A DNA stretch of 64,000 nt, taken from contig CAWDML010000003.1 in NCBI GenBank assembly GCA_963803435.1, positions 288,001 through 352,000 of the forward strand, in the 5' to 3' direction. This stretch comes from an uncultured delta proteobacterium. GTDB lineage: Bacteria > Myxococcota > Kuafuiibacteriia > Kuafuiibacteriales > Kuafuiibacteriaceae. Shown here piece by piece: positions 40,792 to 50,736 of this stretch; positions within the stretch are counted from its first letter, which is position 1, and each line of letters opens with the position of its first letter. The notes under the pieces were generated by a model. That model ran no database searches. It saw nothing but the letters and a program-made list of their open reading frames with translations, and had not been told where the DNA came from. Both the position numbers and the translations under genes were made by a program.

Positions 40792-41856
40792 GTGCAGGCG
40801 GACAAGCGATGGGTGCGCGCCCTTTTGCTCTTCCTGCTCCCGCTCGCGTGCGGCGGAGGGGAGGCGCTCCTTCCGGTGCCCGCGGACAGACCGGCGGATC
40901 CCGGTGTCGCGCTGGTGCCGCTCCCGAACATTCCCGTCCGCGTCGATCCGATCGCCACGCCGCCGGTCGAGGTGGTGCTCGAGGATCCGGAGGCCGAGCC
41001 GCACTCGAACCCGCTGGTGCTGGTCCACGGCTTCCTCGCCACCGGCACGTCGCTGGGCTTCGCCGACATCGGCGCGGATCTGCGGGCCCGCGGCTTCACC
41101 GTGGCGGTCGCCGATCTCTCCGCGTCCGCAGCACCCCCGGAGCGCGCCGGTCAGCTGGCCCATCTCGTCGACGCGGTCCTCCTCGAGTCGGGCGCGCGGC
41201 GGGTCAACATCATCGCCCACTCCGCCGGCGGGCTCGACGCCCGCTACCTGATCTCGACGCTCGGCTACGGCGATCGCGTGGCGTCGCTCTCCACGGTGGC
41301 CACGCCGCACCGCGGATCGGCGGTGGCCGATCGGATCTTCGCGCTCACCCGGGACACGCCCGATCCGTTGCTCGAGGCCTTCGCCCGGATCTGGGGTCTG
41401 ACCGTCGGCGACATCGACGACGATCCGGATCTCCGGGCTGCGCTGGCTGCGCTCCGCACCGAGGACGCAGCCGAGTTCAACGCCGCCAACCCCGACGATC
41501 CGCGGGTGCTCTATCGCTCCTGGGCGGGCCTCAGCGATCCGCTGGCTCGCCCCGACGCCGGCGACGATCCTGCGTGCGAGCACCGGCTGCTCTTCGATCC
41601 GTCCGTGCGCGACCGCCTCAACCCGCTCTTCGATGTCACCGCCTGGTGGGCGGGCGAAGGCGTGAGCCGGCTGCCCAACGACGGTATGGTGACCGTCGAG
41701 AGCGCGAAGTGGGGCGAGTTCGTGGGATGTCTGGCCGCCGACCACGCGGACGAGATCGGCGCGCTCGATCAGCCGAGCCCCGATCCGGTCACCGGGTTCG
41801 ATCATCTGGCGCTGTATCGAGCGATCGCGGACGATCTGGTCGGGCGCGGGCTGTAA
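40792..41856 (+). CDS. Triacylglycerol lipase-like alpha/beta hydrolase (lipoprotein)
   Basis: LACG lipobox; PLVLVHGF, AHSAGG nucleophile elbow, TPHRGS, NDGMV and ADHADEIG motifs. Confidence 0.88.
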   Translation: MQADKRWVRALLLFLLPLACGGGEALLPVPADRPADPGVALVPLPNIPVRVDPIATPPVEVVLEDPEAEPHSNPLVLVHGFLATGTSLGFADIGADLRARGFTVAVADLSASAAPPERAGQLAHLVDAVLLESGARRVNIIAHSAGGLDARYLISTLGYGDRVASLSTVATPHRGSAVADRIFALTRDTPDPLLEAFARIWGLTVGDIDDDPDLRAALAALRTEDAAEFNAANPDDPRVLYRSWAGLSDPLARPDAGDDPACEHRLLFDPSVRDRLNPLFDVTAWWAGEGVSRLPNDGMVTVESAKWGEFVGCLAADHADEIGALDQPSPDPVTGFDHLALYRAIADDLVGRGL

Positions 41857-41859
41857 GCG

Positions 41860-42141
41860 CTACACCGGATCGAGGTGGTTCTGATGGACCCTCGCGAGCT
41901 TGCCGTTGACCCGCACCACCGGGTTCGTGGTGCTGCCGGTCCCGTGGACGGCGTAGTCGACCACTACGGCCATCGTCCCCGGCTCCACCACGCCTTCACC
42001 CTGGTAGGCGTCCCCTTCCTGGCTCACCAGCGCGGTGAGCTCATAGTTCTGCGAGTGCTTGGGGACGTTGGACGCCAGCACACAGCGCTTGTTGAAGCGG
42101 ACGCGTTGACCCAGCGCGAGCGGCGTCGCCATCGAGGACAT
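41860..42141 (-). CDS. Small hypothetical protein
   Basis: GGAG 6 nt upstream of ATG 42141; host-like codon usage; beta-rich 93 aa. Confidence 0.6.
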   Translation of the reverse strand: MSSMATPLALGQRVRFNKRCVLASNVPKHSQNYELTALVSQEGDAYQGEGVVEPGTMAVVVDYAVHGTGSTTNPVVRVNGKLARVHQNHLDPV

Positions 42142-42187
42142 CGCGCACTCCAAACCGCAAACAGGGCTCTCGGTCAAGCACCCGCGC

Positions 42188-45160
42188 TCAGGGGCTCCAC
42201 TGCGCGCCGTGCTCGAAGGCGGCCGTGTTGGCGGCGGTGAGGGGCGTGGCCGGGCCGTCTGCGCCCGTCACCGGATCGATCGGCGCCAGGTAGATGTCCC
42301 AGTCACCGGCGCCGCCGGCCCGGTTGCTGGCGAAGCTGATGAACGATCCGTCCACCGCCCAGGTCGGGAACGAGGAGGCGCCGTCGCCCGGCGCACTGTT
42401 GGCGTTCGGCAGGCTCGTGATCAGGTTCGTGCCCGAGGCATCCGCGAGCTCGAGGACCGCGTCAGTCGCCGCGATCGTCCCGGTCGCCTGGGCGCTGTAC
42501 GTGTACGCGATCCAGCGCGCGTTGGGCGAGAACTTCGGGTAGTAGTTGGCGCCGCCGTTGTTGCCCACGACCAGCGTGGCCGTGCCGCCGACCTCATCGA
42601 CGACGTAGACGTCGGTCGGTCCGTCGAAGCCGAAGCTCGCGCCCTGCTGTCCGTTCGTCACCTGCGTGCCGCGCGCGAACGCGATGCGGCCGTCGGAGCT
42701 CCAGCTCGGCATCAGCTCGTAGTACGACGGATCGTCCGCGCCCACGAGCGTGCGGAGCTCGCCTGCGAACAGCGCGCCGATCTTGATGTTCGAGCCGTCG
42801 TCGTACGCGTACTGGTACGGCGGGTTGGTGTGCACGTCGGGCTTCCAGGAGAAGTAGGACGAGCCCGCGATCGTGCTGGCCTGGATCGCGACGCGATTTG
42901 CGGTGTCGACGATCTTCAGCCCCGGCCCTTCGACGACCGCCACGTACTTGCCGTCGGGCGAGATCGTATGACAGCCGGCGCACGCGGTTCCGGTCCGCGG
43001 GCCCCAGAAGGGTGTCGGCGTGGTGACGCCCTGGAGCGGGAGCTGGAGGATGTCGCCGCCGATGATGCTGGGGATCTGCCAGAAGTAGAGGTAGCGGCCG
43101 GCCGCCGGCGGGACGATTCTCGGGGCCACCCGTGACGGTCACGTCGATCGCCGGCTCGACCGGATCGTCCGAGCGCACGGTGACCACCGCGGTGTCGCCG
43201 GCGACGTCGACCGAGGTGTACTGCACCGTCACCGAGCGGTTCGTCCCGGACACCAGCGTGAAGGGCAGGGCGGGCGGGTTGAGCAGCGTCATCTCCGGGT
43301 CGGCGGTGGTCCAGTCGAGCGCGGTGATCGTGGAGATCGGTGGCGCCGCAGGCGTAGATGGTGAAGTCCATGGTGGCGGTGCCGGGCGTGGGCCCGAACG
43401 GGAGGTGGCGCGGCTCCACGCAGATGCCCGAGGCGGAGGCCGCCGCGAACAGCGGGATCTGGAAGACGCCGGTGACCGTGTCGGTGGTGTCGATCTCGAG
43501 GGTGCCGGTGGCGCTCCCGGGCGCGCTCGGCATGTACGTCACCGACACGTGGCGCACCGCGGTCGGGAACAGCACGGCCAGGTTGGGCGCGGTCTCGAAG
43601 AAGTCGGGATCCGATTCCGGCGCCCATCGCGACCCCGCGGATGAAGCAGGGCTCGTCGCTGATGTTGGTGACATCGACGGCCATCGAGCGCGCGGTGCCG
43701 GGCTCGACGGCGCCGAAGTTGATGAAGGACGGCGTCACGTCCAGGTGACAGCCGTCCTCGAGATCGGGGTTGCCGAGCAGGTCGACCGACGTGATCGCAC
43801 CCCCGTTCTCCAGGTCGAGCCGGCCCAGGTCCGGCATCGTCGCCTGCACCGGGGCATAGTCGATCACCAGCGTGCGCGACTGCCCGGCCGGCACGTCGAG
43901 CGGGAGCTGCGGCGCCATGGCGAGCGCGAACGCGGGCGCGCCCAGGCCGATCTCGACGCGCGTGATGGTGCAGGTGGAGGCGCCATTGTTGGCCACCAGC
44001 ACGGACTTCGACGCCGACGCACCGACGGCGACGTTCGAATAGGCGAGGGAGGCCGGCGCGACCAGGAGGTCGCAGGGCTCGGCGCCGCGGGCCGACACCG
44101 GGAAGAAGGCGTCCTCGTTGCCGAGCGCGGTCGAGGTGACGTCGACGTACGCCTGGGCCACGCCCAGCTGCTGCGCCGTGAAGTCGACCTCGACGTCGAC
44201 CGTCTCCCCCGGCTGCAGCGTCACCGGGAGGCCGGGCGCGCCCATGAGCGAGAAGCCGGGGTCGCTCGGGAAGCGCGCGTCCGTGGAGAGGATCAGCCCG
44301 GAGATGGTGACCGGCTCGAGGCCGCACGACTCGAGCGTCAGTGTCCCCATCAGCGTTCCACCGACCGCGGTGGCGCCCAGATTGAGCGGGTTGGGGTGGG
44401 CGCAGACCGCCGGCGCCACGCCTTCGCCGCAGGCGCTGATGCGGATGCTCGGCAAGTCGGGGGCGTCGGTCGTGATCACGAACGCGCCCGAGTCGGCGCC
44501 TCCGTCCTCGGGCGCGTAGCGCGCGGTCAGCTCGAGCGACTCCCCGGGCGCCAGCGGCTTCGGCTCGGTGAGGCCCTCGATCGACCACTCGCCCGAGCTG
44601 CCCGGCTCGACGATGGCGGACAGGACAGTGAGGGTCGCGGTGCCCTGGGCCGTCACGGTGATCGTGCGCTCCGCCGTGGCGCCCGGCACGACTCGACCGA
44701 ACGACATCGAGTCCGGGTCCGTTCCGCAGGTCTCACCGGGGTGCGAGACGCCGGCGCCGGTCTCGACGCCGATCCCGACGAGCGACACCTCGTGCACCGT
44801 CTCGGCGTCGTCGCCGACGATCGTGACGGTGGCGTGCTCCTCGCCGACGTCGACCGGCTCGAAGACCACGTTGAAGTCGATGGACTGGTCGGGCTGGAGC
44901 GCGTCGGGCACGGGCGTCGCGAAGCCGATCTCGGCGGAGCCGGCGATCTCGAAGCGCACGAACGCCAGCGGCGACAGGCCGGTGTTCTTGATCTGGAACG
45001 ACGCGACGCGCTGGCCGCCGACGCGGACCTCGCCGAAGTCGATCGCCTCCTTGTCGACGGTCAGTCGGGCCCGGGCGTCGATGAGGCCGCCCCCGCCACA
45101 GTCGCAGCCGCCCGCGACCAGGCCGAGGAGGACGAGACCGAACGCGAAACGCTTTCCCAC
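42188..45160 (-). CDS. Surface lipoprotein with multiple choice-of-anchor D/ASH Ig-like repeats and a C-terminal TolB-like propeller (about 3 frameshifts)
   Basis: GGCDC lipobox; repeated IDFGEV / SFGRV / NFGAV units; CAGCH followed by SPDG / WSSDG / FSPN PD40-like repeats. Spans ORFs 43289, 42916, 42594 and 42188. Confidence 0.78.
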
Positions 45161-45323
45161 GTGAAGAGGGGTAATCGTGTGTTGCCTCGAGTCCCATCGG
45201 GCGTGTTTCCAGCGTATGGAGTGGGATGCAGGTGACGGGTCGACCCGACAGCCGCGTCAACCTGCCGAAAGATCAGGGGGATCGCCGTTGGAGGACCGAC
45301 CCCGAGGTTGGTATCGTCCGCCC

Positions 45324-46091
45324 GTGTCAGTCGATGTTCACGACGAGCCGGGCGGGATCCGCGTCCTGACCCTGAATCGGCCCCCGGCCAACGCGTTCGA
45401 CGCTGGCCTGATCGCCCGCCTGGGCGCCGCGGCCGATGCGGCGCGCGACGACGCCGCCGTGCGCGCGGTGATCGTCCGCGGGAACGAGCGCTTCTTCTCC
45501 GGAGGCCTCGATCTGAAGAAGATGGCCGGCGGCGAGGCGCCCAAGGTCTCGGACTTCGGGTACCACGATGGCATCGGTGCGCTCTGGACCCTACCCAAGC
45601 CCACGATCGCGGAGGTCCGAGGCCACGCGATCGCCGGCGGCGCGATCCTCCTGCTCGCCTGCGACTTCCGTATCTCCGCCACTGGCCCGCACAAGATCGG
45701 GCTCAACGAGACCCCGATCGGCCTGGCGTTTCCGCCGGGCGCGTTCGAGATCTCGCGGCTCGGCCTCTCGCACACCCGGTTCGGTCGCGCGATCCTCGAG
45801 GGCGAGCTGTATCCGCCCGAGGAGGCGCTCCGGATGGGCTACCTCCACGAGCTGGTCGCGCCCGAGCGGTTGTCGGCGCGGTGCCTCGAGCTGGCCGCGA
45901 AGGTCGCCGCGTATCCCGCCGGTGCGTACGCGTACAACAAGGCGATGCTGCAGAAGCCCGCGCTCGAGCGCTGCCGCAACGAGCCGGAGGCCGACAAGGC
46001 ACGCCGGTTCGAGGTGTGGACCTCACAGGAGACGCTCGAGGCCTTCCTGGCCCGGGCCCAGGGGCTGGGCAAGGTGAAGACCGCGCCGTGA
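45324..46091 (+). CDS. Enoyl-CoA hydratase/isomerase family protein
   Basis: LTLNRPPANA, FFSGGLDL, GHAIAGG and IGLNE motifs. Confidence 0.88.
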   Translation: MSVDVHDEPGGIRVLTLNRPPANAFDAGLIARLGAAADAARDDAAVRAVIVRGNERFFSGGLDLKKMAGGEAPKVSDFGYHDGIGALWTLPKPTIAEVRGHAIAGGAILLLACDFRISATGPHKIGLNETPIGLAFPPGAFEISRLGLSHTRFGRAILEGELYPPEEALRMGYLHELVAPERLSARCLELAAKVAAYPAGAYAYNKAMLQKPALERCRNEPEADKARRFEVWTSQETLEAFLARAQGLGKVKTAP

Positions 46092-47536
46092 TCGGCCGCT
46101 GGCTCTTCTTCCGAGGACTGGCGCTCTCCTACTTCTTCGCGTTTGTCTCGCTGGCGGTCCAGATCGCGGGGCTGATCGGCGAGGACGGCATCCTCCCGGC
46201 CCGTCCGTTCCTCGAGGCCGTCCACAAGAACCTGGGGGCGTCGAGCTACTGGCGTCTCCCCACCGTCTTCTGGCTGGGGGCGAGCAACGGCGCGCTCTCG
46301 GCGGTCTGCTGGCTGGGCGCGCTGGCCTCGCTCCTCTTGCTGGCGGGCGTGCTCCACCGGCCGATGCTGGTGCTCTGTTGGACCCTGTTCCTCTCGATCT
46401 CGTCGGTCGGCCGCGACTTCCTCTCGTTTCAGTGGGATCTGCTCCTCCTCGAGGTCGGCCTCGCTTCGCTCCTGATCGCGCCCTCCGGTCTCTTCCCCAA
46501 GCTCGGCGCGCGCCCGCCCCCTCGCCTGGGCGTGCTGGTGATGCAGGCGATCCTGTTCAAGCTGATGTTCTCCTCGGGCTTCGTGAAGCTGAACAGCGGC
46601 GACGAGACCTGGCGCTCGCTCACCGCGCTCCTCTACCACTACGAGACGCAGCCGCTCCCCACCTGGATCGGCTGGTACGCGCACCAGCTCCCCGAGTGGT
46701 TCCAGAAGATCAGCGTGGTGGGCGTGTTCGTGATCCAGCTGGTGCTCCCCTTCGGGCTGGTCCTGCCCCGGCCCGGCCGTCTGGTCGCGGCCGCGGGCCT
46801 CTTGCTGCTCCAGGCGCTGATCGCGCTGACCGGCAACTACTGCTTCTTCAACCTGCTCGCGGTCAGCCTGATCGCGCTTTCGGTCGACGACGCGACGATC
46901 GTCCGCCTGGTCCCGCGGATCCGCCTCCCCGAGCCGGCGGCGCCGCTCGCGGGTGTCGGCCGGCGGATCCTGATCGGCGTCGCCTCGGTCGTCCTGGTCC
47001 TCGAGGCCCTCACGCTGGCGCGGACCGTCTTCGGCGATCTCCCGGATCCCGCGTACGAGCTGCTGGCGCTGGTGCGTCCGCTGCGCAGCATGAACGGCTA
47101 CGGTCTGTTCGCGGTGATGACCACGACGCGGCCCGAGGTGGTGCTCGAGGGCAGCGACGACGGCGAGCATTGGCGTGAATACGTGCTCCCCTACCAGCCC
47201 GGGCCGCTCGATCGGGCGCCGCCGTTCGTGGCGCCGCACCAGCCCCGCCTCGACTGGCAGCTCTGGTTCGCGGCCCTCGGCCGCGCCCGCGACAACCCGT
47301 GGTTCGGCGCGTTCGTGGTCCGCCTCCTGGAGGGATTGAAGGACGTCCGTGCTTTGCTGGCCGACGATCCCTTCCCTGATCACCCGCCGCGCTTCCTGCG
47401 GGCCCGGCTCTATCGCTATCGGTTCACCGACCTGGCGACGAAGCGGGCCACCGGACGCTGGTGGAGCCGCGAGCTCGCCGGCGAGTACCTCGAGCCGGTG
47501 AGCCTGCGGCCCGGCGCCGGTATACTCCGCCCATGA
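46088..47536 (+). CDS. Lipase maturation factor family protein
   Basis: SFQWDLLLLE, YHYETQPLP, TGNYCFFN, NGYGLFAVMT and APHQPRLDWQLWFAAL motifs. Confidence 0.9.
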   Translation: MIGRWLFFRGLALSYFFAFVSLAVQIAGLIGEDGILPARPFLEAVHKNLGASSYWRLPTVFWLGASNGALSAVCWLGALASLLLLAGVLHRPMLVLCWTLFLSISSVGRDFLSFQWDLLLLEVGLASLLIAPSGLFPKLGARPPPRLGVLVMQAILFKLMFSSGFVKLNSGDETWRSLTALLYHYETQPLPTWIGWYAHQLPEWFQKISVVGVFVIQLVLPFGLVLPRPGRLVAAAGLLLLQALIALTGNYCFFNLLAVSLIALSVDDATIVRLVPRIRLPEPAAPLAGVGRRILIGVASVVLVLEALTLARTVFGDLPDPAYELLALVRPLRSMNGYGLFAVMTTTRPEVVLEGSDDGEHWREYVLPYQPGPLDRAPPFVAPHQPRLDWQLWFAALGRARDNPWFGAFVVRLLEGLKDVRALLADDPFPDHPPRFLRARLYRYRFTDLATKRATGRWWSRELAGEYLEPVSLRPGAGILRP

Positions 47537-48243
47537 CGCCGTTCTTCGCGCTGATGCTGGGCGCGCTCCCGCCGATCCAGAGCGCCAACGACGCCGTGCT
47601 CCAGCTGCGCGGCGGCCAGGTGGAGGCGATCCGGAACGTCGAGTCGGCCTGTCGCGGGCGTCTTCGACACGCGCTCAAGGATGAGCCCCGCGTGGTCCAG
47701 GCGCTCGCCCGCCTCTCCTCGTCGGGGAGCGCGGACGTGAAGAAGGCCGCGCTCGACGCGTACCGCTGCATGTCGCCGGCGAGGTTCGTCGAGCTCATGA
47801 CGCCGCGCCTCTCGGATCCCGATCCGGAGCTGGTGGCGTACGCGGCCGAGGTGTCGGCGCGCGTGGCGGACCCCGCGGTGGTACCGCCGCTGCTCGACCG
47901 CCTGGAGGCGAAGCGGGACGCGTGCCAGTCCGCCGAGCTCTCCCCCGGCCAGCTCGACGCGTGCGTCTGGCTCACCTACGCGCCGGGCGCTTCTCTCGCG
48001 GGCGCCGAGCGGAAGCTCCGCCTCCGGGCCGCCGAGGACGCCGCCGCCATGCTCGGCTGCCCGCACGCGAAGGTCCGCGAGGTCGCCGTGGAGACGCTGG
48101 CGTCGGCGCGGATCAAGGTGCACGCGAAGTCGGTGGCCGAGCTGATCGCGAAGGAGAAGCAGGGAGCGTTCCCGGAGAGGAACGACGCCGCGCTCCTCTC
48201 GCGCTTCGAGACGAGACGCCGGGCGCTCCTGAAGGGAGACTGA
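47533..48243 (+). CDS. HEAT-repeat-like exported protein
   Basis: Helical repeats LSDPDPELVAYAA and PHAKVREVAVETLA; hydrophobic N-terminus. Confidence 0.65.
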   Translation: MTPFFALMLGALPPIQSANDAVLQLRGGQVEAIRNVESACRGRLRHALKDEPRVVQALARLSSSGSADVKKAALDAYRCMSPARFVELMTPRLSDPDPELVAYAAEVSARVADPAVVPPLLDRLEAKRDACQSAELSPGQLDACVWLTYAPGASLAGAERKLRLRAAEDAAAMLGCPHAKVREVAVETLASARIKVHAKSVAELIAKEKQGAFPERNDAALLSRFETRRRALLKGD

Positions 48244-48254
48244 GCGTCGTCCCG

Positions 48255-48345
48255 CTGAGGGTGATCGTGAGCGTGTGAGCACGCACCACAGACCGGCCGA
48301 GGAAGCGGAGCGCGTTCGACGGACCACGCTCACGGTCACTCTCAG
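48255..48345. repeat. 21-bp inverted repeat (REP-like hairpin or bidirectional terminator) between convergent genes
   Basis: CTGAGGGTGATCGTGAGCGTG (48255-48275) pairs with CACGCTCACGGTCACTCTCAG (48325-48345); both mismatches are G-U on the plus strand. Confidence 0.7.
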
Positions 48346-48680
48346 GGAGGCGACTGATCGGGCTCTTCGACCCCCCTCTGCTTCTCGGTCTCGATGGTGA
48401 TGTCGGCCTTCCGCGCGACGCACTTCGGGATCGCGCCCGACTCGTCGCAGTCCTGGTCCTCGTTGCAGAGGCCCCGGCAGGGCAGGACCTCGCAGAAGCC
48501 GGTCACGTTGTTGCACGTCGTGCCGGGGGGACAGCCGGCGTAGCAGCCGCCGGTGGCCCGGCTGATGCCCGACGCCGTCGCCGCCACCGCGCTCATGATG
48601 ACGGCGCCCGCGACGGCGTCGGGTGCGGCGCTGCAGCCGCTGCAGAGCAGGAGCAGCGCGAAGAGGAGACGGCGGATCAC
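48342..48680 (-). CDS. Small cysteine-rich lipoprotein
   Basis: LCSGC lipobox; GGCYAGCPPGTTCNNVTGFCEVLPCRGLC...C...C. Confidence 0.7.
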   Translation of the reverse strand: MIRRLLFALLLLCSGCSAAPDAVAGAVIMSAVAATASGISRATGGCYAGCPPGTTCNNVTGFCEVLPCRGLCNEDQDCDESGAIPKCVARKADITIETEKQRGVEEPDQSPP

Positions 48681-48789
48681 GCCACGAATGTACCCGCGGC
48701 CGGGTCCGCCCGCGCAAGCCGTGACGGCGCTCCCGGCGCACGTCCTGCGCGACGTCGAAGCCGGCCGCCGCCGGTGATAGAAGCGCTGC

Positions 48790-49902
48790 ATGCGCGCGTT
48801 CCTGCTCACCTTACCGGTGTTGTCGTTCTCCTGTGCGACACCGTTGGACGATCCGATGGTCCCGCCCGATCACCCGCTGGTCTATCGACGCCCGGACTGT
48901 CCGGCCGCACCGCGCCCCGCGAACCGCCGTCCCTCGGGCTCGCTCGAGAAAGGGAAGAAGCCGAAGACGATGGCGTTCGGGACGATCGACGGCGCCCTGG
49001 TGGTCACGCATGGGGGCGCCGGCTCGAAGCCGGACCTGGTCGACGGCCCGCGCAAGGCGGCCGAGGCGGCGCTGGCGAAGCTGCTCGCCGACGAGCCCGC
49101 GCTGGAGGCGGCGGTGGCCGGCACCACCGTGCTCGAGGACGACCCGCGGTTCAACGCCGGCACGGGTGCCAACATCCGGCTCGACGGGCAGACCATCCAG
49201 ATGGACGCGTCGCTGATGACGCAGGACGGTGACTTCGCGGCCGTCGCGGTCATCGAGCGCGTGAAGAATCCCATCCGGGTGGCGCGCCTGGTGCTCGACA
49301 CCCCGCACGTCCTGCTGGCGGGAGAGGGGGCGACCCGCTTCGCCCATCGGATGGGTGTGCCGGACGAGCTCCCGATCTGCGACGAGTCGCGGAAGAAATA
49401 TCGGGATCGAATGGCGCAGTTGACCCAGCTGATGAATCAGCCGGGCAAGAAGTTCGATTGGCGCGACTACTGGAACTTTCCCAACGAGATGCCCGAGGAG
49501 ATGAAGCGCTGGAAGAAGGGCGGCGACACCGTCGGCACGGTGGTGCGCGATCGCGAGGGCGGCTTCGCGGCCACACTCTCGACCGGTGGGACCTCGGTGA
49601 CGCTCTACGGTCGGGTCGGGGATGTGCCCGTCTACGGCGCGGGGCTCTTCGCGGGGCAATCTGGCGCGGTCGCCTGTACCGGTGAGGGCGAGGAGATCAT
49701 CAAGCGCGCGCTCGCCCGGAGCGTCTACGAGGCGATCGAAGCCGGTACGCCCGCGCGTGATGCAGTGGCCCGCGCCGTTCGCGAATTTCCGGAAGGCGCC
49801 GACGTCGGCTTGATCGCGGTCGATCGCTTCGGCTGGGCGGTCGCCGCCAACGTCGAGATGGCCTTCGGAAAGGCGTCGGAGGAGGAGGAGCCCCCCAAGT
49901 AG
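48790..49902 (+). CDS. Isoaspartyl peptidase / plant-type L-asparaginase (Ntn hydrolase)
   Basis: THGGAG, LEDDPRFNAGTG, MDAS, KNPI, DTVG autocleavage site, STGG, GRVGD and TGEGE motifs. Confidence 0.92.
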   Translation: MRAFLLTLPVLSFSCATPLDDPMVPPDHPLVYRRPDCPAAPRPANRRPSGSLEKGKKPKTMAFGTIDGALVVTHGGAGSKPDLVDGPRKAAEAALAKLLADEPALEAAVAGTTVLEDDPRFNAGTGANIRLDGQTIQMDASLMTQDGDFAAVAVIERVKNPIRVARLVLDTPHVLLAGEGATRFAHRMGVPDELPICDESRKKYRDRMAQLTQLMNQPGKKFDWRDYWNFPNEMPEEMKRWKKGGDTVGTVVRDREGGFAATLSTGGTSVTLYGRVGDVPVYGAGLFAGQSGAVACTGEGEEIIKRALARSVYEAIEAGTPARDAVARAVREFPEGADVGLIAVDRFGWAVAANVEMAFGKASEEEEPPK

Positions 49903-49935
49903 CTTCGCGGTGCGCGCGCTGCTATGAGCCGCAGG

Positions 49936-50730
49936 ATGGTAGGAACGCCAGAGCTGATCCAGTATGGGGTCCGAGCCGGGATCGCGACGATCACGCTCGA
50001 CGACCCGCCTGCAAATACGTACAGCTACGACATGATGCGCGCGCTCGATCAGCGCGTGCTCGAGGCCCGCATGGACGACTCCGTCCACGCGATCGTGGTG
50101 ACGGGGCAGGGCGACAAGTTCTTCTGTGCCGGCGCCGACATCGCGATGCTCAACGATGTCACGCCCACCTTCAAGTACTACTTCTGCCTGCACGCGAACG
50201 AGACCATCAACCGGCTGGAGAACACGCCCAAGCTGGTGATCGCCGCGCTCAACGGGCACACCGTGGGCGGCGGGCTCGAGGTGGCGCTGGCCTGCGATCT
50301 ACGCCTGGCCAAGAAGGGCGGAGGGAAGATCGGTCTGCCCGAGGTCTCGCTCGGGGTGCTGCCCGGGACGGGCGGCACGCAGCGTCTGTGCCGCCTGCTC
50401 GGCAAGGCGAAGGCGTTCGAGCTGATGGCCACCGGCGAGACCTTCGACTTCGATCGTGCGGCCGAGCTCGGGATGGTGACCCGCATCCTGCCCGCCGACG
50501 GCTTCATGGATCAGGTCTACGAGTTCGCGCAGAAGTTCGTGCCGCCGGGGAAGGCGTCCAAGGCGGTGGGCTACATCAAGCGGGCTGTCGTGTCCGGCGG
50601 CGAGATGTCGTTCGGCGACGGTCTGGCGCTCGAGCGCGAGCTCCAGCAGCAGCTCTTCCTCTCTGAGGACGCCAAGGAGGGGATCGGCGCATACGTGGGA
50701 AAGCGCAAGGCGTCCTTCACCGGCCGATAG
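49936..50730 (+). CDS. Enoyl-CoA hydratase/isomerase family protein
   Basis: FFCAGADI, GHTVGGGLE and GLPEVSLGVLPGTGGTQRL motifs. Confidence 0.92.
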   Translation: MVGTPELIQYGVRAGIATITLDDPPANTYSYDMMRALDQRVLEARMDDSVHAIVVTGQGDKFFCAGADIAMLNDVTPTFKYYFCLHANETINRLENTPKLVIAALNGHTVGGGLEVALACDLRLAKKGGGKIGLPEVSLGVLPGTGGTQRLCRLLGKAKAFELMATGETFDFDRAAELGMVTRILPADGFMDQVYEFAQKFVPPGKASKAVGYIKRAVVSGGEMSFGDGLALERELQQQLFLSEDAKEGIGAYVGKRKASFTGR

Positions 50731-50736
50731 GGAGAC

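Noticed and set aside
45161-45323. Riboswitch or ncRNA in the divergent intergenic region (CGGGTCGACCCG palindrome)
   Set aside because: Short GC palindromes are expected at this composition, and I recognise no Rfam motif. A cmscan would be needed.
40792-47536. Lipase plus lipase maturation factor as a functional pair
   Set aside because: They are separated by oppositely oriented genes, and bacterial LMF homologues have no established lipase client.
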